Below, one piece after another: positions 25,101 through 33,137 of a DNA stretch of 64,000 bases (position 1 is its first letter; each line of letters opens with the position of its first letter). The stretch is from an uncultured delta proteobacterium. GTDB lineage: Bacteria > Desulfobacterota > Syntrophia > Syntrophales > UBA2185. The notes under the pieces are model-generated. The model worked only from the letters and a program-made list of their open reading frames with translations. It did not search any database and was not told the origin of the DNA. Both the position numbers and the translations under genes were made by a program. Location of the stretch: positions 64,001 through 128,000 of the forward strand of contig CAVSPA010000005.1 in NCBI GenBank assembly GCA_963729715.1, given 5' to 3'.

Positions 25101-25730
25101 GCCAAGCTGAATAAGGACAGGCAGTTTGTGGAAAACTTCGGCGAAGTGAATCTGCTCGCGCTTAACGAATTTGAGGAACTCAAAGTGCGCTACGAATTCC
25201 TCACAACCCAGGTCGGTGATTTGAACGCCTCGCTTGATTCTCTCCAGGCGACCATTACGAAAATAAACATTGAATCGCGAAAGCGTTTCGCAGAGACCTT
25301 TGAAGCGGTCAACGAGTGTTTCAAGGAAATATTTGCGAGGATATTCCCGGGCGGCAAAGGTGAACTGAAGCTGACGGAGGCTGAAGACATACTGGAGACA
25401 GGCGTGGACATCGATATCGTCATTCCCGGAAAACGCGCGCAGAGTGTCAGCCTGCTTTCTGGTGGAGAAAAATCGCTCGCCGCCATAGCCCTGATTTTCG
25501 CCATTCTCATGTACCGACCTGTTCCGTTCCTGGTCCTGGATGAGGTGGACGCAGCGCTTGACGATGCGAATATAAGCCTGTTTAACAATCTCGTGAAAGA
25601 CATCTCGTCAAACTCCCAGATAATCATGGTCACCCATAACAAGAAGTCCATGGAGGTCGCGGAATATCTGTTCGGCATCACAATGCAGAAGCAGGGTATT
25701 TCCACCATGGTGTCCGTAGCCCTGAACTAA
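22164..25730 (+). CDS. smc: Chromosome segregation protein SMC
   Basis: MRLKRLEIAGFKSF, GPNGCGKSN, hinge, LSGGEK, LDEVDAALD. Confidence 0.97.
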   Translation: MRLKRLEIAGFKSFRDKVVLDFSKGISAVVGPNGCGKSNIVDAIRWAMGEQRIKSLRGKKMDDVIFHGAENAAPIGMSEVSMILDSNGRQFPGEYAECSEVMISRRLFRDGESEYAINKVPCRLIDVRDFLMGTGLGVRTYSLVEQNSVANLVEAKPEDRRQFIEDAAGISKYKVRKESAMRKMEATKQNILRLNDIIREVKSQLNAVSRQAKRAEQYKALKKEVKEAELVLALHTYTDLSGQKETLGQTRDSLSKRDMELTTSLKELEASIEGLKAEVLENEASVSEHQEKLYDIRNSINIKEQGIEHLKGKIKDIASQKQKNTAELEMLRTRAKNLADEVETIAIMADESGVEIEKVRDNVLQNQASLEELKAAAKSLTAELEEKKIEFFELATEKAKAKNTLVGIGKGIEDIRKRKERDVREADENRERLAETHRNLDSLIAALNTDEGTLANLTDSAGMTSDELERAKNDLQLIDERISEMKDEAGMKSSRLASLIELQESYAWCSDGTKSIMQAKKVASPDMLPGETCLGLVADVLDVPREYETAVESVLGDKLQYMVVRSQRDGMLAIDYLKSSSSGRGTFVPLEVRHHNYGSSAEYLKDAVKLIDVVNVHQGFEKIADYLLGDVLLIPNLNNGVSLWERNGFRGTFVTSEGDIINPQGVLTGGSKTNGDKSLLKTKREIAELEGDVDRLNISLAEDIEKKKDAISLILQWEEELVQLRSEIRDLELLVNGKQKDLERFEAEIRGIEQRIKVLDFNCDNHQAEEAAALEECAAIEKRIISSEAQEDTMNTAMSALQEKLATLKTKVEEREEHLTGEKIQLASLEEKRNADLKTIERLEADSAGTSREIDIRTTELVQSDREIEDVTEQISTEQGLLERLYSEHESVEGTLTEMRLSQQERETLLRNRDTDLREVKKTHDQVVKEMNELEIAYRELTFQSDSLRQGIQEKYYVDLQTLVPEFQRLDEPVLEELTAKLNKDRQFVENFGEVNLLALNEFEELKVRYEFLTTQVGDLNASLDSLQATITKINIESRKRFAETFEAVNECFKEIFARIFPGGKGELKLTEAEDILETGVDIDIVIPGKRAQSVSLLSGGEKSLAAIALIFAILMYRPVPFLVLDEVDAALDDANISLFNNLVKDISSNSQIIMVTHNKKSMEVAEYLFGITMQKQGISTMVSVALN

Positions 25731-26156
25731 ACCGTGTAAAATGCCAATAGAGTTTGTCACTTGCTAATAGAGTGTGTCACTGAATGACAAAATGCCCTTA
25801 AGTGACAAACTCTTTTTATCAATAATGCGATATCAAGAAAATAGTCACTTTGCCAAAAGTTCTTGCTATTCCCTCAATAGCAAGAACTTCATTCATTGAG
25901 CTTTCCCTCATCGTAAAGGAAAGTTAGTGGCAATACATCAACCTAATCACCATTAGATTTTACTGGAAAATATGAGTTTGTCTGATCGACAAATTGCTTC
26001 TTTTAGTTAATTAATCAGCGATGAAGATAGATATGCATATAGCAAATACTAATATACATAACTGCTAATCGGCTTAATCTATTGAATACAGCATGAAATG
26101 TGGAAATGCGTGACGATTGCCCGAAATGTCGCATGGGCTCGCTTCATCAGCAGTCG

Positions 26157-26588
26157 CTATTCCTTTTTACCAGCGACCTCCTTATAACTTTTTACGAGCC
26201 GGGTAGCTATCACACCTGCCAGTCGCTTCATGATAATCAGGCTTTCAGCAGGATGCCTCTGGAATACCCGCATCAGCCGCTCTGCGTCAATTTTTAGTAC
26301 CTTGCTTTCTTTCACGCATTCCGCTGCGGCCGTGTACTCATTAGGTTCTACAAGCGACGACCAGCCGAACACCGACCCCGTCTTGACCATGGGGAAGGAG
26401 AAGTCCTTTTGCCCTCGAATGATCAGATTGATCTCTCCTTCTTCAAGGATATACAGAAAATCCGCAACATCACCTTCTCGAAAAACCACATATCCTGCCG
26501 GGTAACTCTCCTGAGTGACGAGTTCAGATATTTCACCAATCATGTGTGAAGGGATTCCCTGGAAGAGCTCCACCTCCTGGATAAACAT
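26157..26588 (-). CDS. Stand-alone cyclic-nucleotide-binding (Crp N-terminal) domain protein
   Basis: ELFQGI, VVFREGDVADFLYILEEG, FGWSSL, YTAAAEC; no HTH; ATG at 26588 after GGAGG. Confidence 0.85.
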   Translation of the reverse strand: MFIQEVELFQGIPSHMIGEISELVTQESYPAGYVVFREGDVADFLYILEEGEINLIIRGQKDFSFPMVKTGSVFGWSSLVEPNEYTAAAECVKESKVLKIDAERLMRVFQRHPAESLIIMKRLAGVIATRLVKSYKEVAGKKE

Positions 26589-26621
26589 ATCAGTCACCTC
26601 CTCTATGAATCTTCTTCTTGC

Positions 26622-27107
26622 TCAATCTTCGCTCAAAACAGAGAGTCCTCGCTCACCAATCAGAATAATCTCGGTGTGGGTCAGACGGGTGGCTACTACC
26701 CTTGCTGTCGCTTGCATGAAATTATATCCTAATGTGGCATCTTCATTTAGCAGCTCCCTGAGCGTAGCTCCATCGAAGACGATGGCTTTCGAATCATCGA
26801 TGCATCGGGCGCCAAGGGTGTACACGTAAGGTTCAATAACAGTTGACCATCCCATGGCATCTCCCTTTGTAACTATGTCCACGGTGACCTGCATAGGTGG
26901 TCTGGCAGTACCCATGTAAGTATCCATGCCCAGAACTACCTTTCCCCCTTCCAACAGGTAGAGGTTTTGTGCCGGGTCTCCCTTTTTCCACAACTGAGAA
27001 CCTGCCCTGTAAGATTCTTCAGTAGCTATATCCGCCAGTTTCTTGATTTGCTCGTCACTGAAGCCATGAAAAAATTTGAATCCTTTTAAGATATTTACCG
27101 AAACCAT
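26622..27107 (-). CDS. Stand-alone cyclic-nucleotide-binding domain protein
   Basis: FFHGFS, KGDPAQNLYLLEGG, MGWST, YTLGARC; no HTH. Confidence 0.85.
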   Translation of the reverse strand: MVSVNILKGFKFFHGFSDEQIKKLADIATEESYRAGSQLWKKGDPAQNLYLLEGGKVVLGMDTYMGTARPPMQVTVDIVTKGDAMGWSTVIEPYVYTLGARCIDDSKAIVFDGATLRELLNEDATLGYNFMQATARVVATRLTHTEIILIGERGLSVLSED

Positions 27108-27152
27108 GGATTGTCACCTCCTTTCTGGGAAGAAGAACTCTGTGATTCCAGA

Positions 27153-27590
27153 TCAATCTTTTGTTTCGAATCCCACGGCGGTGAAATAGATTGCGCGATC
27201 GAAAAACAGGACGGACCGATTGATGAGATCTATTGCCTGGTGAAGATCCAGAGCTGTATCCAAGAGACCTGCGGAACGCACGAGCAGCCAAATGTGGCGT
27301 CTCGTGATGATGAGCGCCTGAATGACTTCCGACAAGGCGAATCCCTCCTGGCGCCGCTGCTTGCCAAGGGCTATGTAAATTTTTTCAATCTCTTTTTTGG
27401 TAGTTTCATTAGACATCCATTTGTCAAACTGGCTGTAAACACGGAAAGCTCTCTGATAGAGTTGCTTTTCATCATAGGTCTGATAGGTCTTGGTTCCGAG
27501 ATGTTCCTTTACATCCTTCAGCCAGCGTTTTGTCAACATGTCGGCATTGTGTTCAACAAGCTCCACCAATTTTCTGGATAGCACTTTCAT
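27153..27590 (-). CDS. All-helical protein, RsbRD-N / histidine-kinase N-terminal-like
   Basis: LVELVEHNADMLTKRWL...LGKQRRQEGFALSEV...FFDRAIY pattern; good RBS. Confidence 0.6.
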   Translation of the reverse strand: MKVLSRKLVELVEHNADMLTKRWLKDVKEHLGTKTYQTYDEKQLYQRAFRVYSQFDKWMSNETTKKEIEKIYIALGKQRRQEGFALSEVIQALIITRRHIWLLVRSAGLLDTALDLHQAIDLINRSVLFFDRAIYFTAVGFETKD

Positions 27591-27690
27591 AGTCTCCCTC
27601 CTTCAATAGAAAGTATAGCGTTTCCTGAGGTTAAGTGCTGGAACACGAAAAGAATTTCAACCCTGATCCACTAATGTTAACCTTAAAAAC

Positions 27691-27706
27691 TGCAATACTG
27701 ATGCCA
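27691..27706 (-). promoter_or_regulatory. Sigma54 (-24/-12) promoter
   Basis: Minus strand TGGCATCAGTATTGCA: GG-N10-GC, about 100 bp upstream of the 27590 start. Confidence 0.75.
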
Positions 27707-27769
27707 TATACTTTTCTTAAATCATTCTAATGATATATGATGTCTGCGGAACATCTTTGCCTGCATCTA

Positions 27770-27806
27770 GGGGTAACATTACCCCCACCTGGGGGTTTTA
27801 TTCCCC
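27770..27806. promoter_or_regulatory. Tandem palindromic sites, putative enhancer for a sigma54 activator
   Basis: GGGGTAA-CA-TTACCCC (27770-27785) and GGGGGTTTTATTCCCC (27791-27806), upstream of the sigma54 box across an AT-rich spacer. Confidence 0.55.
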
Positions 27807-28349
27807 GTAAGAAACAGTGTCTTGACGCTTATTTGTTAAGCTGAAGCCAGTAGCGACGTATGGCCAACCAAAGTTCCAGAACTTATGTCAGGAAGCCTTA
27901 TATACTGGAGAAGGTTGGTCTGGCAGTAAGGAAAAGACTTGACAAAAGATAAGTCAAAAATATTTCCAACAGTACAAATGGAAATCATTGATTCTGAATG
28001 ATAACGCAGTGCACAAGGTGTTAGCGATAATCCAGACTAGTCCTAATTGGACACTCACTATCAAGTTACATAGAGGTTAGGTCGCACAAATAATGCCAAT
28101 AGAAATTCTCACTAATGCTAACTTACCAATAGAGTGACAATTTCTATTAGCATTTCGCGTCGGCTAAGATATTGATTTCACATAGCCGAGAGTGACACAG
28201 TCTATTGGCAGTTGGCAACCGCGCTTAAGCATTCCATCCTTTACATCTCAGAATAAAAATTGTTATACATTAACCATGTCTTTTCTTCTCGCCCCCTTTG
28301 CGGCGGACGAAATGAGGTACTTTTCAGAATTTTAAAAGCGGATGGATAA

Positions 28350-29294
28350 ATGGGAAGCGATACGGAAAGCAAAGGCTTTTTTGAAAGACTGAAGGCAGGC
28401 CTTGCCCGGACAAGAAACGCCTTCATCAAAAATATTGATGATATTATCCTCGGAGAAAGGGTCATCAGCCAGAAGCTCTTTGACGAGCTCGAGGAAACGC
28501 TTATCATGGCTGATGTCGGCCCTGTTTTCACGTACGAGCTCATCGAAAAAATGAAAGAACAGGCCAAGAGAAACGAGCTCGGAGACGCGGAGCTACTCAG
28601 GAAGGTGCTCCGCGATACGATCACAGATACGCTGAAAAGAAATGAGGCACCTCTTCAAAATCCGAAGAATGAACTTTTTACCATCATGGTGGTGGGCGTC
28701 AACGGCACAGGCAAGACCACGACAATCGGAAAACTCGCAAACGCCTTGAAAAAAGATGGGGCGTCCCCCATGCTCGTCGCAGCTGACACCTTCAGGGCCG
28801 CCGCTATCGAACAGCTTGAGGTCTGGAGCCGGAGGGTGGATGCGCCTCTCATCAAGCAGAAGACCGGCGCTGATCCTTCCGCCGTTGTCTTCGATGCCAT
28901 TGTCGCGGCCAAGGCCCGGAAAGCCGACGCCGTTATCATCGACACCGCAGGCAGGCTTCACACCAAGGTCAATCTGATGGAAGAGCTCAAGAAGATGAAG
29001 CGCATTATAGAAAGGGAGCTGCCGAACGCCCCGCACGAGATCCTTCTTGTCCTTGATGCCACGACGGGGCAGAATGCCATCGTCCAGGCAAAGATGTTCA
29101 ACGACGAAATCGGCGTGACGGGAATTATATTAACCAAACTCGACGGAACTGCGAAGGGCGGCGTGATTATAGGGATTGCCAGGGAGCTTAACATTCCCGT
29201 CCGGTATATCGGTATCGGAGAGAGGCTCGATGACCTGAAACCCTTCAAGAGCGCGGAATTCACGGACGCCCTCTTCGAACAGGACGCCCGGTAA
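28350..29294 (+). CDS. ftsY: Signal recognition particle receptor FtsY
   Basis: GVNGTGKTTT, DTFRAAA, DTAGR, TKLDGTAKGG. Confidence 0.98.
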   Translation: MGSDTESKGFFERLKAGLARTRNAFIKNIDDIILGERVISQKLFDELEETLIMADVGPVFTYELIEKMKEQAKRNELGDAELLRKVLRDTITDTLKRNEAPLQNPKNELFTIMVVGVNGTGKTTTIGKLANALKKDGASPMLVAADTFRAAAIEQLEVWSRRVDAPLIKQKTGADPSAVVFDAIVAAKARKADAVIIDTAGRLHTKVNLMEELKKMKRIIERELPNAPHEILLVLDATTGQNAIVQAKMFNDEIGVTGIILTKLDGTAKGGVIIGIARELNIPVRYIGIGERLDDLKPFKSAEFTDALFEQDAR

Positions 29295-29303
29295 TCCGTC
29301 CTT

Positions 29304-29362
29304 GCAGGACTAAAGTCCTGCACTACATTTATAGTGTTTACGTAGTCCAGACCTTCAGATCT
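29304..29362. repeat. REP-like GTAG palindrome pair
   Basis: GCAGGACTAAAGTCCTGC-ACTAC, then GTAGT-CCAGACCTTCAGATCT in opposite orientation. Confidence 0.35.
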
Positions 29363-29396
29363 ACCATGTCAGGACTTGGACTAAAAAAGCTTCTGT

Positions 29397-30041
29397 ATGG
29401 GAAAGATATTCGCGATAGGAGATGTCCACGGCTGCATCTCCCAGCTTGATGAACTGATGGCGCAGTTCGATATCGATGCAGTGGAAGACACACTCGTCTT
29501 CGTCGGTGATTATATAGACCGCGGCCCTGATTCGAAGGGGGTCATCGATGCTATTCTCGATATCAGAAAAAACATCGGTAACGTCGTCTGCCTCTCGGGC
29601 AATCACGAAGATATGTTTCTCAACTATTGTCTTGACCGCAGGAATGAAGGCCTCTGCATGTCCAACGGGGGCATGCGCTCGTTGGCGTCGTACGGCTTTT
29701 CCCGGGAAGGTACGGAGGAATTAATCTTGCCGGAAACCCACAGAGAGTTCTTCAACAGCCTCCGCACATATTATGAAACAGACGATTATATATTCGTCCA
29801 CGCCGGTCTCAGACCCGGCGTCCCACTTGATCGGCAGAACCGCGAGGACCTTTTGTGGATACGGTTCGAGTTTATCAACTCTCCGTACGATTTCGGCAAG
29901 ACCGTCATTTACGGACATACGCCCGTCTCTTTCAATAAGCCTTTCATCGACAAGAATAAGATCAACATCGATACGGGCGCCGTTTACGGCGGCAAGCTTA
30001 CGTGCATTGAACTCCCCGATATGAAAATACATCAGGTTTGA
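29397..30041 (+). CDS. Ser/Thr protein phosphatase family metallophosphoesterase
   Basis: GDVHG, GDYIDRG, GNHE, VHAG, GHTP, IDTG. Confidence 0.92.
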   Translation: MGKIFAIGDVHGCISQLDELMAQFDIDAVEDTLVFVGDYIDRGPDSKGVIDAILDIRKNIGNVVCLSGNHEDMFLNYCLDRRNEGLCMSNGGMRSLASYGFSREGTEELILPETHREFFNSLRTYYETDDYIFVHAGLRPGVPLDRQNREDLLWIRFEFINSPYDFGKTVIYGHTPVSFNKPFIDKNKINIDTGAVYGGKLTCIELPDMKIHQV

Positions 30042-30046
30042 CTTTC

Positions 30047-30937
30047 ATGAAAATTATCGAATGCGTTCCCAATATCAGTGAAGGCTGCGACAGGAAAAAG
30101 ATAGATAGCATCGCAGCGGCGTTCTCCACGGTCGAGGGCGTGAGACTCCTTAACGTGTGCGTCGATCAAGACCACAACCGCACAGTCCTTACCTTCATCG
30201 GTGAACCGGAGGATATATTGAAAGGAGCCGCCGCCGCCTGCGAGAAGGCCCTCGATCTCATCGACATGCGCAAACACAAAGGCGTGCACCCGCGGATCGG
30301 CGCCGTCGATGTGGTTCCCTTCGTCCCTCTGAAAGGCGCGACGATGAAAGACGCCGTTGACCTCGCGCACAGATTCGGCCACGCATTGGGAGAGAAGCGC
30401 AGGATCCCCGTCTACTTTTACGGTGCGGCGGCACTTGATCCGAAAAGAAGAGAATTAGCAGACTTAAGAAGAGGCGAATACGAGGCTTTGAAAACTAGGT
30501 TTGCCGACCCCCTGTGGATGCCGGATGCCGGCCCGGCCCGCTTCGATCCGCAGAGCGGCGCAGTTGCCTGCGGGGCGCGGGAGCCGCTCATCGCCTACAA
30601 TATCAATCTCGCCACAGACAATCTCCAGGTGGCAAAGGACATCGCTTGTTCCATCAGGCAATCGAGCGGCGGGCTGCAATACGTGAAGGCCATCGGCGTT
30701 CCCCTCGCGAGCAGGAATATCGTTCAGGTATCGATGAACCTCACCAATTATAAAGTGACGCCGCCGCGGAAGGTTTTTGATGTTGTGAAAGAGAAGGCCG
30801 CAGCATGCGACGTTTCCATCATCGAGTCGGAGCTGATCGGCCTCATCCCCGAAGAGGCGCTCGAAGGCATCTCCGCCGAATATCTACAGCTCTCTAATTT
30901 CTGCGCCGAATGCATCATCGAGACCCACCTGCAGTAG
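30047..30937 (+). CDS. ftcD: Glutamate formimidoyltransferase
   Basis: IIECVPNISEG, DHNRTV, HPRIGAVDVVPF, QVSMNL, SELIGLIP. Confidence 0.93.
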   Translation: MKIIECVPNISEGCDRKKIDSIAAAFSTVEGVRLLNVCVDQDHNRTVLTFIGEPEDILKGAAAACEKALDLIDMRKHKGVHPRIGAVDVVPFVPLKGATMKDAVDLAHRFGHALGEKRRIPVYFYGAAALDPKRRELADLRRGEYEALKTRFADPLWMPDAGPARFDPQSGAVACGAREPLIAYNINLATDNLQVAKDIACSIRQSSGGLQYVKAIGVPLASRNIVQVSMNLTNYKVTPPRKVFDVVKEKAAACDVSIIESELIGLIPEEALEGISAEYLQLSNFCAECIIETHLQ

Positions 30938-30983
30938 CAGTAAGGGTTCTTTCACGCTGACGCAGATCAACTTCTGTCGTTGA

Positions 30984-31289
30984 TCACTTTTTGGGAAGCT
31001 TGGCCGCGAGAACATCCATATTTTCAATAACGGGCGGCTGCGCCAAAAGCTCGGAGGCTTTGGCTATCAATGCTGCCGCGACCCGACCGCCAAGGTGGGC
31101 CAGCCGGCCCTCTTCATCGGGAAAGGCATCAAAGATGGCAAACGTTGACGGCCCCGGGCGTGTAGAGAACCATGCCACAGTTGCGGGCTCCTCCAGGACT
31201 ATCGGCAGGGCTCCACACAAGAGATTTTCCACTTCCTTCTCTTTACCGGGCTTTGCCTCCAGACGTACAAACAGTGCTTTGTGAACCAT
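30984..31289 (-). CDS. Antibiotic biosynthesis monooxygenase (ABM) family protein
   Basis: MVHKALFVRLEAKPGKE...EEPATVAWF...FDAFPDEEGRLAHL; own RBS GGAGGTG; frame stays open upstream to 31553. Confidence 0.8.
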   Translation of the reverse strand: MVHKALFVRLEAKPGKEKEVENLLCGALPIVLEEPATVAWFSTRPGPSTFAIFDAFPDEEGRLAHLGGRVAAALIAKASELLAQPPVIENMDVLAAKLPKK

Positions 31290-31834
31290 GTTCCACCTCC
31301 TTTTTAGTAAAAAAGGCCGGCCGCGGGTACCGTGGACGTTTCTCTTCTCCACGAGCGCTTCTTCAATTGGCGGCGCTTCCGTGAATTCGTCGGCTGCCTG
31401 CAGCGGCTCCTCATTTTCGTAATCGCCGAGCTTCCAAATCATCGCGTCAAGGTCTTTGTCGCACTTCCTTTCCTCACCGCTATCGAACTCCTGTATCTGA
31501 TCGTCGAGAAGCTTATCCAGCGGTTTCAACTTGTCAACATCCTTGCATTCCATGCCCTCCTCCTTTGATATGGCAGGCGGCGCTCAATGGTTTGGGAGAC
31601 ACCGCTCATGGGAAGAAGATGTATGAATCCGACACTGAGAGCAATGATAGAAGATTGTAAGCCGATTGGTGGGTATGACTAACTGTCGCAGCGGTGTACG
31701 GCAGGCTTGTTCTCGGTATTAGCCCCTTTTACGAAAAGGGGAAATGTGGCGCAGCAATATTCCCACCTCACAACACAACGATTGACACTCTTAGCGGAAT
31801 TATGTTAAAGCCCTTCATCTGAAAGCTAAGCTGT

Positions 31835-31911
31835 GCCCCCGTAGCTCAGGCGGATAGAGCAACGGATTCCTAATCCGTGTGCCGCGTGTTCGAGTCACGC
31901 CGGGGGCACCA
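31835..31911 (+). tRNA. tRNA-Arg(CCT)
   Basis: Acceptor GCCCCCG/CGGGGGC-ACCA, D arm TAGCTCAG..GATAGAGC, anticodon arm ACGGA-TTCCTAA-TCCGT, TTCGAGT loop. Confidence 0.97.
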
Positions 31912-31925
31912 ATAATATCGAGTAG

Positions 31926-33125
31926 TTAGTTGATATTCCCCGACCCCAGATTATCAGTAGGTGTCCATATAGGTGTCTTGTCGCGAGATTGCACAAGCTT
32001 TTTTATGTCTTCTTCAGTATCTATATTGTAGCGTAGAAAGGTGCTCGTCGTTGTATGTCCACTGGCTGCCATGATCCTGGCGAAATCATGCCCTTGCATC
32101 CGCCAGTTTGTGATACACATATGCCTGAAGTCGTGAATCCACAGGTCGGAGATCTTGGCGGCGCGACAGGCGGTTCTGAATGATCTTGTTATTCGCTTTA
32201 GAGGCTTACCATTGTACGTGAAAACATATTCACTCTCGGCTGTTCCTCTCATATCTTTTAGCATGCCAAGAATATATGGGTGTATGGGAACGTCGCGCGG
32301 TTTCGTGGTTTTTGTATCTTGCGCCCTTAGATGTATCAGTCCCCTTTCTAGGTCGACCCTATCCCATGTCAGTCTCATTAGCTCACTGAGGCGCATTGCA
32401 GTATAGAACGCTGTGACAATAACTTGCCACGCATGTGGAGGAAGATTGGAAAAAAGCCTATTCAGTTCGTCTGCAGTAAGGCACCTCTTCCGGACATTAT
32501 CTTCTTCAAGAGGTTTGACTTTTCTCAATGATTGTATAGCAATATTTTTTTCGTCTGCTGCCATATTCAATATCCTTTTCAAGCAGGCTACCTCTCGGTT
32601 AACGGTTGCTGGACGTGTTGTCTGTTTGTTTTTCTTCCATGCCGGGTGTGACATTTCCTTCAATCGCCGGATTCGATACGTCTTGACCGTGTCGGCAGTA
32701 ATCTCGCTTATTCTCTTCTGACTGAAAAATCTTTTCAAGTGTCGAATGGATAGTTCGTCTCTATTACAAGATCTCTTCTCCTTTACAGTTTCGAGATTGA
32801 TATACCAATCAGCAAGATGGTCAAAAACTGGATCTTTCACCTTGTTTATGTACCTTCCTTCAGTGCGTAACGATATCACTTCTCGGAACCGGTGTTCCGC
32901 AGCTGCTCGATTCGGACCTATTCTTTCACGTTTACGCCGGTAATTGTTATTGTAGTACTCGATCCAATATGTGAGCTTCCCGCTCTTGTATGGATAGCCA
33001 CAGCCGCCACATTTTTTCCGCGGGACTAATCTGAAACTTTGCTTGCCCGCGACATCAACATCTTTCTTCTTTTCTGTTTCACCATAACGTGCGCGGCATT
33101 TCGGACATTCAATCAGTATTGCCAT
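31926..33125 (-). CDS. Tyrosine recombinase/integrase with N-terminal Zn-ribbon
   Basis: TAMRLSE (R), TK (K), IHDFRH (HxxR), SGH, FLRY (Y); N-terminal CPKC...CGGC. Confidence 0.95.
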   Translation of the reverse strand: MAILIECPKCRARYGETEKKKDVDVAGKQSFRLVPRKKCGGCGYPYKSGKLTYWIEYYNNNYRRKRERIGPNRAAAEHRFREVISLRTEGRYINKVKDPVFDHLADWYINLETVKEKRSCNRDELSIRHLKRFFSQKRISEITADTVKTYRIRRLKEMSHPAWKKNKQTTRPATVNREVACLKRILNMAADEKNIAIQSLRKVKPLEEDNVRKRCLTADELNRLFSNLPPHAWQVIVTAFYTAMRLSELMRLTWDRVDLERGLIHLRAQDTKTTKPRDVPIHPYILGMLKDMRGTAESEYVFTYNGKPLKRITRSFRTACRAAKISDLWIHDFRHMCITNWRMQGHDFARIMAASGHTTTSTFLRYNIDTEEDIKKLVQSRDKTPIWTPTDNLGSGNIN

Positions 33126-33137
33126 AGTAAGCCTCTT

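Larger units (their letters stand above)
25735..28217. mobile_element. Non-autonomous IS21-like cassette (no transposase) with three passenger genes
   Basis: TG...CA ends, 22/27 terminal IR, several sub-terminal copies of CCAATAGAnnnTGTCACT at both ends, ACCG direct repeat at 25731-25734 and 28218-28221. Confidence 0.75.

Noticed and set aside
25735..28217. Mobilisation by the IS21 at 58959-61466
   Set aside because: End repeats differ (CCAATAGA..TGTCAC versus GGTCG..AAACCAGCCA) and duplication lengths differ (4 versus 6 bp)
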